Assembly (NCBI GenBank): GCA_007693485.1
Contig: REDM01000280.1
Location: 22,489 to 86,488, forward strand
Source of the DNA: Spirochaetaceae bacterium
Lineage (GTDB): Bacteria; Spirochaetota; Spirochaetia; DSM-27196; PWMO01
Length of the DNA: 64,000 bases
Direction: 5' to 3'
The position numbers and the translations under genes are program-made. The notes beneath the pieces are model-generated. The model was not told the DNA's origin, ran no database searches, and worked only from the letters and a program-made list of their open reading frames with translations. Within the stretch, counting starts at the first letter, position 1, and every line of letters starts with the position of its first letter. Positions 16,710 through 25,030 of this stretch are shown in pieces.

Positions 16710-17069
16710 TCAGGCGACGTTGCGCTGCTTGGCGGTTTCTACCAGGGACTGAAACGCCGCATAATCCTCAATCGCCATGTTTGACAGAGCCTTGCGATTG
16801 ATTTGTATGTTGGATTCACGCAGCGCGTTCATGAACCTCGAGTAGGTAATACCCTCGGCGCGGCATGCAGCGGATATCCTGGTGATCCAGAGAGCCCGGA
16901 ACTCCCGCTTGCGCACCTTCCGGTCGCGGTATGCGTACTGGCCCGACTTTGCGATCGCGTCTTTCGCGGTGCGAAAATTGGTACTTCGCCGACCCCAATA
17001 CCCCTTGGCTTGTCCGAGGATCTTTTTGCGTCGGTCTTTTCTTCGTGTTCCATCAACTGCGCGTGGCAT
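16710..17069 (-). CDS. rplT: 50S ribosomal protein L20
   Basis: MPRAVDGTRRKDRRKKILGQAKGYWGRRS...RKREFRALWITRI is unmistakably L20. Confidence 0.97.
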   Translation of the reverse strand: MPRAVDGTRRKDRRKKILGQAKGYWGRRSTNFRTAKDAIAKSGQYAYRDRKVRKREFRALWITRISAACRAEGITYSRFMNALRESNIQINRKALSNMAIEDYAAFQSLVETAKQRNVA

Positions 17070-17135
17070 GGACGGTATCTCCTTCGGCGCGGTGGTATTC
17101 CGCGCGGCAGCGTGTGTTCTTGGCCGGTCCCTGCG

Positions 17136-17333
17136 TTACGCGTAGGGGCACAGCTGCTTCGCCCGCGCCGTTTCAGCGGGGCTCAAGTAGGCGGCCTTGC
17201 GGAGACCGCGCTTTCGCTTGGTGCTCTTCTTGGTCAATATGTGACGAAGGCCTTGCTTCTTGTACCGAACCTTACCGGTTCCGGTCACCGTGTAGCGCTT
17301 CGCGGCGCTTTTTCTGGTCTTGATCTTCGGCAT
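17136..17333 (-). CDS. rpmI: 50S ribosomal protein L35
   Basis: [40 protein letters not shown] 17333 was chosen inside the longer ORF. Confidence 0.95.
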   Translation of the reverse strand: MPKIKTRKSAAKRYTVTGTGKVRYKKQGLRHILTKKSTKRKRGLRKAAYLSPAETARAKQLCPYA

Positions 17334-17406
17334 CGTTGTTCCTCGTTGCTCATTCTCCGTGTGATCGGTTCCCGTACGCTGCGTCTGCAAGACGCCCACG
17401 GACGGC

Positions 17407-17970
17407 CTATTCCTGGGTATCGGGTTCGGTTTGTGCTTCCCGAGCCGCAGCGGCGGCGCGAGCCGAGGGACTCAGGATCATTGACATGAACCGTCCCTCC
17501 ATCGCCGGCGGCCGATCCACCGAGACACCGGGTCCCAGCAGACCGAGTACCCGGTCCAGCACCATCCGGCCACGGTCCGTGTGAGCGAGTTCCCGCCCAC
17601 GGAATCGCACCGTTACCTTTACCTTGTTTCCCTCATCCAGAAACTCGTGAATATGCTTCGCTTTGAAGGCCAGGTCATGCTCCTCAATCTTGGGCTGCAT
17701 CCTGATTTCTTTCATCTTCACGAGCTTCTGTCGTTTCTTCGACTCGCGGTTCTTTTTTTCGAGCTCGAACTTATACTTTCCGTAGTCGAGAATCTTGCAG
17801 ACCGGAGGTCGCGCCTGAGGGGCAACCTCTACCAGGTCGAGCCCTTTTTCTTCAGCGAGTCGGAGCGCGTCGGGGGTAGGGACAACACCCATCTGCTCGC
17901 CATCTTCGTCAACCAACCGGACCTCGCGCACGCGAATCATCTGATTCGTCCGTAAATCTTTTGCAGCCAA
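17407..17970 (-). CDS. infC: Translation initiation factor IF-3 (TTG start)
   Basis: [19 protein letters not shown]...[29 protein letters not shown] start with GAGGAGG 4 nt upstream. Gene order is infC-rpmI-rplT. Confidence 0.95.
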   Translation of the reverse strand: MAAKDLRTNQMIRVREVRLVDEDGEQMGVVPTPDALRLAEEKGLDLVEVAPQARPPVCKILDYGKYKFELEKKNRESKKRQKLVKMKEIRMQPKIEEHDLAFKAKHIHEFLDEGNKVKVTVRFRGRELAHTDRGRMVLDRVLGLLGPGVSVDRPPAMEGRFMSMILSPSARAAAAAREAQTEPDTQE

Positions 17971-18017
17971 TCTGCCTCCTCACGGGTACTTACGACAACG
18001 TTTCTTCCAGAGCAGAC

Positions 18018-18046
18018 AATCTATCATCTGTTGTGGAAAGAGTCAA
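18018..18046 (-). promoter_or_regulatory. Sigma70-like promoter of infC-rpmI-rplT (TTGACT-17-TAGATT)
   Basis: -35 at 18046-18041 and -10 at 18023-18018 with exact 17-nt spacing, about 45 nt upstream of the TTG start. Confidence 0.45.
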
Positions 18047-18098
18047 AGGGTATGCGGGCACTGTTTGCCTGGGTTATACTTCGGCGCGGAGAGTGCGC

Positions 18099-18539
18099 AT
18101 GAGCGGAGCAGTAGACTTTTTTGAAGCCATTCTTTCCGCGGAAGAAGAGAATCGAAACACCTACGATATATACGGGCAGCTGACCGATCAGTACAGCGCG
18201 CGTAACCTGCTGGCGACGCTCGAGGCTGCCAGTCGTGATCGGCTTGACACGTTGCGGAGATTTTCACGCCGCGACGATGTCACAACTCTTCTTGCTGATG
18301 TTTCAGAGGTTGACCTGGGTGGCACTGGTGATTCATACGGCTTCGACGCCGGGATGCAGTATGCGGATTTTCTTCAGCTGATCTGTCGTCGCGAGAGCGC
18401 TTTGACGGTGCGGTATCGCGCGATTCATGATGCCTCCGGAAATGACGAGGTGCGACGGTTGTTTGGCCGGATGGCCGAGGACTGCGAGCGTCGCCACCGG
18501 CTCGCGCGGACTCGCTACGAGCTGGAAACGCTGGTCTGA
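18099..18539 (+). CDS. Ferritin-like/rubrerythrin-like superfamily protein (hypothetical)
   Basis: 146 aa from ATG 18099, predicted helical, with E-rich pairs (AEEENRNTYDIY, MAEDCERRHRLA). The assignment is weak. Confidence 0.4.
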   Translation: MSGAVDFFEAILSAEEENRNTYDIYGQLTDQYSARNLLATLEAASRDRLDTLRRFSRRDDVTTLLADVSEVDLGGTGDSYGFDAGMQYADFLQLICRRESALTVRYRAIHDASGNDEVRRLFGRMAEDCERRHRLARTRYELETLV

Positions 18540-19156
18540 GCTGGTTCCGGGGCGTGATTGCCTCGGAGCACAAAGCAGATCTCGGTGGCAAACAGGTTTC
18601 GCAGAACCGGGGGCACTCGGTGGGTTCGTCGCAGCGCGATCTCGTGGAGGATCGGTATTCCCATTTCTGCGCACAGGGCAACAAAATCTTTGCGCGTGCA
18701 GAAGTGAATGTTTGGAGTATCGTACCACTGATAGGGGATGTCGCGGTTGACCGGCATGCGACCGAAGAACATCAGCTGCATCCGGTTCACGACGTATCCA
18801 AAATTGGGAAAGTTCACGATCACTTCACGCCCGACGCGCACCATTTCCTGGAGGAGCATCACCGGCCGGTGAACCATCTGCAGGGTCTGGTTCAAGATGA
18901 CGTAGTCGTAGCTCCCGCTTCCGTAGTCCTTGAGCCCCTCGTCCAGGTCTCCCTGATAGACCGAGATTCCGCGCGCGATACACTGAACGATCATTGCCTC
19001 TTCGCGGTCCACCCCGCGGCCCCGCACCTGCTTCCGGTGAATGAGGCGGTGGAGGAGTTCTCCGTCGCCGCACCCAAGGTCGAGAACACTGCTTCCCGGT
19101 CGCACCAGCCGGACAATCTCATCGTAATTGAAGTGCATTCCTTCATGCCTTGGCAT
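18515..19156 (-). CDS. metW: Methionine biosynthesis protein MetW
   Basis: VLDLGCGDGELL, SYDYVILNQTLQ and PNFGYVVNRMQLMFFGRMP are MetW-type. Overlaps the metX stop by 14 nt. Confidence 0.9.
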   Translation of the reverse strand: MPRHEGMHFNYDEIVRLVRPGSSVLDLGCGDGELLHRLIHRKQVRGRGVDREEAMIVQCIARGISVYQGDLDEGLKDYGSGSYDYVILNQTLQMVHRPVMLLQEMVRVGREVIVNFPNFGYVVNRMQLMFFGRMPVNRDIPYQWYDTPNIHFCTRKDFVALCAEMGIPILHEIALRRTHRVPPVLRNLFATEICFVLRGNHAPEPAQTSVSSS

Positions 19157-20255
19157 ACGTGGTCTCCAGGAAGCTCTCGATCATCCTGCCCTGCTGCTCG
19201 GTCTCCAACAGAAACGAGTCGTGACCGAATGGACTCGTGAGCTCGGCATACGAGGCGTCTTTGCCTGCCTTCATCATGGCAAACACCATCTCTTTTGATT
19301 GGTACGGTGGATAGAGCCAGTCCGAACTGAACGAGATCACCAGATATCGGTCAGCTCCCTGCGCGAATGCGGCCTCAAGGGTGCCGAAGCGCTCGCTGAT
19401 ATCGAAGTAGTCCATCGCCTTTGTAAGATAGATATAGGAGTTGGCGTCAAAGCGGTCGACAAATTTGCCGCCCTGATATTCGAGATAGCTCTCAACCGCA
19501 AACTGGTCGGCAAAGTCAAAGCCGTAGGCGGCGCGCTCCTGAAGCTTCCGTCCAAACTTTTCGCCCATGGACTCGTCCGACAGGTAGGTTATGTGGCCGA
19601 GCATGCGCGCGATTGCGAGCCCGCGGGCGGGCGATTCACCGTCATAGTAGTTGCCGTGGTTCCACCGCGGGTCCGACGTGATGGCGTTGCGTCCCACTGC
19701 ATCGAAGGCAATGCCCTGTGCGGTGAGGCGCGAAGTGGACGCAAGGACTATGGCGGACGCGATTGACTCCGGGTAGCTTACCGCCCACTCGAGCGCCTGC
19801 ATCCCGCCCATGGAGCCGCCGGCAACGGCAAGCAGTCGGTTGATGCCCAGATAGTCGATCAATCGCTTCTGCACCTTCACCATGTCATTTATTGTGATAA
19901 CGGGGAACGTGAGGGCGTACGGCGCCCCGGTTGCCGGATCGATCGATCCCGGCCCTGTGGTCCCCTGGCATCCACCGAGCACATTGGAACAGATGACGAA
20001 GTACCGGTTGGTATCAAACGGCTTTCCGGGGCCGATCATCTCGTTCCACCACCCGGGATACCGATCCTCCACGGTATGATATCCCGCCGCGTGGGCATCG
20101 CCCGAGAAAGCGTGTACGATCAATACCGCGTTGGAACCGCTCCAGTCGAGAGTACCGTAGGTTTCGTAGCGCACCGAAATCGGTGCGAAGCGTTTTCCGC
20201 TGTCTAATTCGATCCCGTCGTCAAAGACGGCGTCGTTTGGAGTTACGAGTATCAT
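19143..20255 (-). CDS. metX: Homoserine O-acetyltransferase MetX
   Basis: 370 aa with HAFSGDAH, GWWNEMIGPGKPFDTNRYFVICSNVLGGCQGTTGP and GGSMGGMQALEW (nucleophile elbow). Confidence 0.93.
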   Translation of the reverse strand: MILVTPNDAVFDDGIELDSGKRFAPISVRYETYGTLDWSGSNAVLIVHAFSGDAHAAGYHTVEDRYPGWWNEMIGPGKPFDTNRYFVICSNVLGGCQGTTGPGSIDPATGAPYALTFPVITINDMVKVQKRLIDYLGINRLLAVAGGSMGGMQALEWAVSYPESIASAIVLASTSRLTAQGIAFDAVGRNAITSDPRWNHGNYYDGESPARGLAIARMLGHITYLSDESMGEKFGRKLQERAAYGFDFADQFAVESYLEYQGGKFVDRFDANSYIYLTKAMDYFDISERFGTLEAAFAQGADRYLVISFSSDWLYPPYQSKEMVFAMMKAGKDASYAELTSPFGHDSFLLETEQQGRMIESFLETTYAKA

Positions 20256-20264
20256 CTGGGCGAG

Positions 20265-20293
20265 ATACTAGACAGGCGACCCCTCTCTGTCAA
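20265..20293 (-). promoter_or_regulatory. Sigma70-like promoter of metXW (TTGACA-17-TAGTAT), 9 nt from the ATG
   Basis: -35 at 20293-20288 and -10 at 20270-20265. Only CTCGCCCAG separates the -10 from ATG 20255, and there is no SD. Confidence 0.5.
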
Positions 20294-20303
20294 TCTACCG
20301 AAT

Positions 20304-21666
20304 CTGCCCCGAAGCTTGGTGAAAAATCAGCGAGACGAAAGCAGGGCGCCACAATGGTGATTTGTAGAGGGTATGAGATCGATTACCCGCTCAATTACCG
20401 TCGCAGAGGCGCCGCACACCTTCGTGCCGCCGTTCTGCCTTAACCCGAACTGCCGCTATCACAGCGAACCCGCCGCAGGTCGATCCGCTCCTCCCTGGTT
20501 CTACCGCCACGGGCGATACCACACCGCCGCCTTCAGCTTTGTGCCGCGGTTTCGCTGCCGTCACTGTGGTCGCGGCTGCAGTCGCCAGAGCTTTCGCCTC
20601 GACTACTACGCGAAGCGCATCCTCGATTACCGGGAACTGCTTCGACAACTCGTCAGCTGCGGCAGCACCCGCGACATGGCACGTGCGACAGCGTCCACCA
20701 CCTCCACGGTGGCCAACCGGATCGAACGCCTCGCTCGAGGGGCAGCCGCGCTTCACGCTGGGGTGTTGCAGCGCGTCGGCGTCGCCGAACCACTGGTGAT
20801 CGACGGTTTTCAGAACTTTGCGGTCAGTAAGTACTACCCTAACAACATCAACCTTCTTGTGGGCCAGCACAGCGGGTTGCTCTACGACTGCGATTACCGC
20901 ACCATTCGCCGAAGCGGGCGCATGAGTGAGCGCCAGAAACGGCGGCGAGAGCAGCTCGAAGAGCACTTCCGCGCTCCGTCAAACGCGTTGGTCGAGGGGT
21001 TTCGCACCCTGGTGGACAGTGCAATGCGCGTCCGAAGCCACCTGCATCACTGCCCGGAGGGAGAATCCTCAGTTCGCGGGGCTCCTGCTGATACCTCAGA
21101 GGCAATCAAGGCACTGCTGCTGCTCACAGATGAGAAGAATGAGTACAAGAGGGCGCTCTTTGGCGATACACATTACCGCCTTCTGACAGCATCGCGAATG
21201 ATCCGACACGAGCGCACGCTGAGTACCGAGGCGCGCACCGCAGAGAACCCACTGTTCGTGGTGAACTACTTCGACCGGCAACTGAGGAAGGATCTCAAAG
21301 AGTGCGTGAGGCATACTGTGTGCTTCGGACGAAACGTGAGTAACGTGATGCAGCGAATGCTGCTCTACCGGTTGTACCACAACCACTACAAAGCGTACCG
21401 GCACCGCCGACCGCATGAGCGCCATGAGATCCGGGCTGGCGTCGATGGGGCGTGGATTGATGTTGAGCTCGAGCGTCTCTACGAGCGTCGGCCGTTTCTC
21501 TCGCGAACGCCACCGATCGAGACCGACCGCCTTGTGTGGCTGCGCCAACTTGTCACCCCGCTGGGGCGCGACCGGGAGTACCTGCCGAAGTTCGCTCTGG
21601 CATGACTGGGGCTGGATACGAGGGCTCCGATGCATGCGGCCGCGTTTTCACCAAGCTTCGCGGCAG
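20304..21666 (+). mobile_element. IS-like element (1363 bp) with a single transposase-like ORF and 22-bp terminal inverted repeats
   Basis: Left end is CTGCCCCGAAGCTTGGTGAAAA (20304-20325). The reverse complement of the right end is CTGCCGCGAAGCTTGGTGAAAA (21645-21666), a 21/22 match. No clear target-site duplication was seen. Confidence 0.5.
20373..21605 (+). CDS. Zinc-ribbon plus HTH transposase-like protein (IS1/ISMhu11-like or IS1595-like; family uncertain)
   Basis: 410 aa with CxxC...CxxC (CLNPNCRYH...FRCRHCGRGC) and an HTH-like STRDMARATASTTSTVANRIERL. Candidate catalytic segments are VIDGFQNF, LLLTDEKNEY and NYFDRQLRKDLKECVRHTVCFGRN, the last resembling the IS1 IERHNLNLRQHLARL...SFSK block. 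Confidence 0.45.
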   Translation: MRSITRSITVAEAPHTFVPPFCLNPNCRYHSEPAAGRSAPPWFYRHGRYHTAAFSFVPRFRCRHCGRGCSRQSFRLDYYAKRILDYRELLRQLVSCGSTRDMARATASTTSTVANRIERLARGAAALHAGVLQRVGVAEPLVIDGFQNFAVSKYYPNNINLLVGQHSGLLYDCDYRTIRRSGRMSERQKRRREQLEEHFRAPSNALVEGFRTLVDSAMRVRSHLHHCPEGESSVRGAPADTSEAIKALLLLTDEKNEYKRALFGDTHYRLLTASRMIRHERTLSTEARTAENPLFVVNYFDRQLRKDLKECVRHTVCFGRNVSNVMQRMLLYRLYHNHYKAYRHRRPHERHEIRAGVDGAWIDVELERLYERRPFLSRTPPIETDRLVWLRQLVTPLGRDREYLPKFALA

Positions 21667-21716
21667 TTAAGTCATCTTGCACCGAGTACACTCGGCGTGG
21701 TAGCGTCGAACTGATT

Positions 21717-22442
21717 ATGATGGTATTTTCGCTTGTCGCAATTCCACTTGGCTGTGCCCTTGTGCTGGCGTTCTCCGGTGAACGTGGTTCGGTGTTGTCG
21801 CCGATCGTACGAGGCGTAATCTGGTATGTCCCGCTCTTTGTTGCGGTGATGTTCGTGCGCATTCATCTTGTGTTGCGGTACGATCCGCCCGGCATCTTCT
21901 GGTTCTTTGCGATCCGGGACGGCTACGTGCCGTACGCGGCGGCGATCTTCGGTTTTGTGGTGTTCTATCGCCGGATCATTGTCGAAGACGATCGGGCGAT
22001 GGTCTTTCTGTTTACCGTGTTTTCCGCGTCGCTGCTCACGGTCGTTTCCTGGGGGGAAATCGTATTGGGCGATACGTCGTACAATGCCTACCGGCAACTT
22101 GTTCTTCCCGCCCAAAGGATGGCCGTGGTCATGCTTCTTCCCGTCTTGGGTGGCGCGATCATACGCGAATCTCGCATCGTGTTACGGTTGCTGTACGCGA
22201 TTGGGATCATCGTGTATCCGGCTCTGCTTGCGGTGTCACCGCTGCTGTTCACGCTGCAGTTTCGTGCGGGTGGGGTAACAGCCGGCGCACTGATCGCGGT
22301 CGTGGGAGCTGCCGGAGGCATACTGCTGCGCAAGATCTATTTCCCCGAACGGGGTTTTGTGGCCATGCCCGAGGACAGCGGTTCGCTTGAGTCGGTGTCT
22401 CCGTCCCCGAATGCAACCGCTGCACGACCACGTCCATTTTAG
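21717..22442 (+). CDS. Polytopic integral membrane protein (hypothetical)
   Basis: About 7 hydrophobic segments. ATG 21717 was chosen just beyond the IS right end; the longer 21630 ORF start lies inside the IS terminal region. Confidence 0.55.
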   Translation: MMVFSLVAIPLGCALVLAFSGERGSVLSPIVRGVIWYVPLFVAVMFVRIHLVLRYDPPGIFWFFAIRDGYVPYAAAIFGFVVFYRRIIVEDDRAMVFLFTVFSASLLTVVSWGEIVLGDTSYNAYRQLVLPAQRMAVVMLLPVLGGAIIRESRIVLRLLYAIGIIVYPALLAVSPLLFTLQFRAGGVTAGALIAVVGAAGGILLRKIYFPERGFVAMPEDSGSLESVSPSPNATAARPRPF

Positions 22443-22452
22443 ATCGCCGTCG

Positions 22453-23319
22453 ATGAGCGAGCGTTGGTGGCGTTGTGTCCTTTCGCTTCTGCTTGGCGGC
22501 GTGGTGCTCGGTATCACCGGTTGTGCTGCCGATGCGGTTGTGGTGTTTGATCCGGTTTTTGCCGCAACGGCCGATGCCGGGGGCGTGATGACGCGTCGCA
22601 TTCGTGATATCTCCGGCCGCAAGCGAGTTCGGGTCATACACGCAACGGCTCCGGCGGCTGAAGAATTGCTGGTGGCAATTCGATCGGGGGGGCAGGCTGA
22701 TCGGGTCATCGTTCCCGGTTTACTCTCTGGTGAGATCGAACGGCTTGCGCCGGAACTCCCAGGGGTGCGGTTCTTCCTCGTCGATCACGCACGTGCATCT
22801 GAGGTTGCAGCCGGATTGACACCCATTACCTTTGACCGCACGCACGCGTTTTCCGAGGCCGGCCGATTCATTGCCGAATGGGCGGCTCAGCATCAGACCA
22901 TGTCTCCCGGTGTGCTGCTTCTGTTTTCCGAGGAGAGTGCGATCCGCGTGGCAGAGCGAGACGCCCTGCTGGAAGCCCTCGGCGACCCGCCGGCGGTGGT
23001 ACGTGTCGAAGGGTTTTCGACACGGCCAAATCGTGATCGCCTTCGTGATGTAGCTCGTTGGCCGGAGCAGAGCGGTCCGTCGATTGTTGGGCTCTTTCTT
23101 TCGGGAGCCAATGCGACGGCTCGCGAGGTGGTTACCGCCTCAGCGATCGTTACCGAGGGATCGCACGCGATGACACCCCGCGTCGTTGCGACGGTATCCA
23201 ACGAGTTTGCCGACGGAGTAGCCGCGGCACTCGGGGCAGACCACGAGACGGACGGGATAACGATCCCGGCACAGTTCCTTCGTTTTTCCGCGACCGGAGC
23301 GTCGGGGCCTCAATTCTAA
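22453..23319 (+). CDS. Putative lipoprotein (possibly a BMP/PnrA-like periplasmic binding fold)
   Basis: Signal peptide with a lipobox (LLLGGVVLGITGC). ATG 22453 was chosen. Fold assignment is weak. Confidence 0.5.
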   Translation: MSERWWRCVLSLLLGGVVLGITGCAADAVVVFDPVFAATADAGGVMTRRIRDISGRKRVRVIHATAPAAEELLVAIRSGGQADRVIVPGLLSGEIERLAPELPGVRFFLVDHARASEVAAGLTPITFDRTHAFSEAGRFIAEWAAQHQTMSPGVLLLFSEESAIRVAERDALLEALGDPPAVVRVEGFSTRPNRDRLRDVARWPEQSGPSIVGLFLSGANATAREVVTASAIVTEGSHAMTPRVVATVSNEFADGVAAALGADHETDGITIPAQFLRFSATGASGPQF

Positions 23320-23392
23320 GCACGGCCAGGCCGATAGAGAAACCGAGGGAGTGGAATGACGACCCGGAATTGGCCAACGGTACCGTAGATAT

Positions 23393-23421
23393 TTGACAAA
23401 GGGTATCGATAGAAATATACT
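23393..23421 (+). promoter_or_regulatory. Sigma70-like promoter of the flaA-like pair (TTGACA-17-TATACT)
   Basis: Consensus -35 at 23393-23398 and a near-consensus -10 at 23416-23421, about 50 nt upstream of ATG 23473 with SD GAAGGAG. Confidence 0.55.
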
Positions 23422-23472
23422 TGGGTTGCATTGCGTTCTCGCCTGCCAAAGTAGAGGAAGAAGGAGTGTGGA

Positions 23473-24222
23473 ATGAAACAGGGTATTCGCCTGTTCGTCT
23501 GTGCCGTGGCGCTGTTGCTTGTAAGCATACCGCCGGTCACCGCGCAGATGCGCCAGACGCGTCAGTTGCGCCGGCCGTTAATCAATTCGGTAGTACTGGA
23601 CGACTTTGATAGTCCGGACAACCAATGGATTGTACGGGGAAGTCGGTTTATTAATGAGGACTTCCTGGAGTGGGAATGGGTGCGCGCGTGGCCGGAAGCA
23701 CTCTATCGCCAGGAACCGGAAGGAAGAACGCTGCGTGCGCTCGGCTTACGCGCGGCCTTCAATCGGATCGGATACAACTTCCTGGAGATCATTCCCGCTG
23801 AAGAGAATGATGAGGGGGAGCTGGTTCCCCGCGCCATCCCAATCCCTGGCACCGCACAATCAATTGATCTGTGGGTGTGGGGATCCAATCGAAACTACTA
23901 TATCGATGTTCAGCTGAGAGACCACCGTGGTCTGGTGCACACGCTGCGCCTGGGTGACATCAACTTCCGCGGGTGGAGCAACCTCTTTGTCGATATTCCG
24001 ACCTGGATACCGCAGGACTCGATTTTTGTTCCGCAGCGTCAGGGCCTGGAGCTCATCAAGCTGGTGTTATGGACACGGCCGCAGGAGCGAGTAAACGAGT
24101 TCTTCGTGTATCTCGACGAGCTGCGGGTCGTAACCAACCTTGCCGAAGATTACTGGGACGGTGAACAACTTGCCGACCCCGAGCAGGTTCAAGAGCTCTG
24201 GAATGAAGCGAGGGGGATGTAG
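23473..24222 (+). CDS. flaA: Flagellar filament outer-layer (sheath) protein, FlaA-like, paralogue 1
   Basis: 249 aa with a signal peptide (AVALLLVSIPPVTAQ). Has VLDDFDSPDNQWIVRGSRF, GWSNLFVDIP and FFVYLDELRVVTNL, as recalled for the FlaA family. Size resembles the short FlaA2 type. Confidence 0.62.
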   Translation: MKQGIRLFVCAVALLLVSIPPVTAQMRQTRQLRRPLINSVVLDDFDSPDNQWIVRGSRFINEDFLEWEWVRAWPEALYRQEPEGRTLRALGLRAAFNRIGYNFLEIIPAEENDEGELVPRAIPIPGTAQSIDLWVWGSNRNYYIDVQLRDHRGLVHTLRLGDINFRGWSNLFVDIPTWIPQDSIFVPQRQGLELIKLVLWTRPQERVNEFFVYLDELRVVTNLAEDYWDGEQLADPEQVQELWNEARGM

Positions 24223-24224
24223 TC

Positions 24225-24929
24225 ATGGTGGCACACAAAAAATGGGTTATCGCCCTGGTGTTGGTCGTGGTCAGTGGAGCGCTGTTTGCGCAGAATCAGA
24301 TTGAACCCCAACGGCTGGGACAGGATACCGCTCAGCAGGCGCTGCAGGAAGTGTCCATCTCGCGTTTCGAGGATCCAGGATTCTGGCGTGTGCACATGCC
24401 GTCGGATGCGGGAATCGTGATTCATCGCCGCCTCGAGGGCGGTCCCATGGACAAACAACCGATTGCCGCCGAGGCGGACGCCGGTATCGAGGTGCCCGAC
24501 GAGTTTGTACTCGGTGTCAGGGCTCAGTTCTTCCGCCGCGGAGTCACCAGCATCTTTGTCGAAGCGATTCGTCCGATGCCGGTGCCCGGTATCGCCAAGA
24601 CTCTCTCGGTATGGGTTGTTGGCCGTAACTTCAACCACGAACTCTACGCGATCATTCGTGACCAGTTTGGCAACACCGGACAACTGTATATGGGGCGGAT
24701 GAACTTCTCCGGCTGGCGCCAGATGACCACCGCAATTCCGCCAAACATCATGCAGAGGAATGTCCACTATCCGCATCTTGCAGGGATTGAAGTGCTCGGG
24801 TTTTTGATCCGTCCGGCGATGCTTGAGACCTTCGGCTCCTACTACGTCTATTTTGACGATCTTCGGGCGTTGAGCGATCTCTTCACCGAAGACAGCCGCG
24901 ATCCAGACGACATGATCGACGGCTGGTGA
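24225..24929 (+). CDS. flaA: Flagellar filament outer-layer (sheath) protein, FlaA-like, paralogue 2
   Basis: 234 aa with a signal peptide (LVLVVVSGALFAQ). Has ISRFEDPGFWRV, FSGWRQMTTAIP and YYVYFDDLRALSDL, parallel to the upstream paralogue. Starts 2 nt after it. Confidence 0.62.
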   Translation: MVAHKKWVIALVLVVVSGALFAQNQIEPQRLGQDTAQQALQEVSISRFEDPGFWRVHMPSDAGIVIHRRLEGGPMDKQPIAAEADAGIEVPDEFVLGVRAQFFRRGVTSIFVEAIRPMPVPGIAKTLSVWVVGRNFNHELYAIIRDQFGNTGQLYMGRMNFSGWRQMTTAIPPNIMQRNVHYPHLAGIEVLGFLIRPAMLETFGSYYVYFDDLRALSDLFTEDSRDPDDMIDGW

Positions 24930-24972
24930 TGATAGGCAAGCCGCAATCTTGAGAGCCTTCTCTCAGTGATAC

Positions 24973-25003
24973 ACGCCCTCCTTGCGGAGGGCGTTTTTGT
25001 TTT
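24973..25003 (+). terminator. Rho-independent terminator after the flaA-like pair
   Basis: ACGCCCTCC-TTGC-GGAGGGCGT followed by TTTTTGTTTT. Confidence 0.85.
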
Positions 25004-25030
25004 CTTTCCGCACAACGTTTGAGAGGCCAT

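Noticed and set aside
20256-20372. Possible SAM/methionine riboswitch upstream of metX
   Set aside because: A consensus-like promoter places the -10 only 9 nt from the ATG, leaving no room for a leader. The rest of the gap belongs to the IS-like element end. No SAM-I-like conserved segments were seen.
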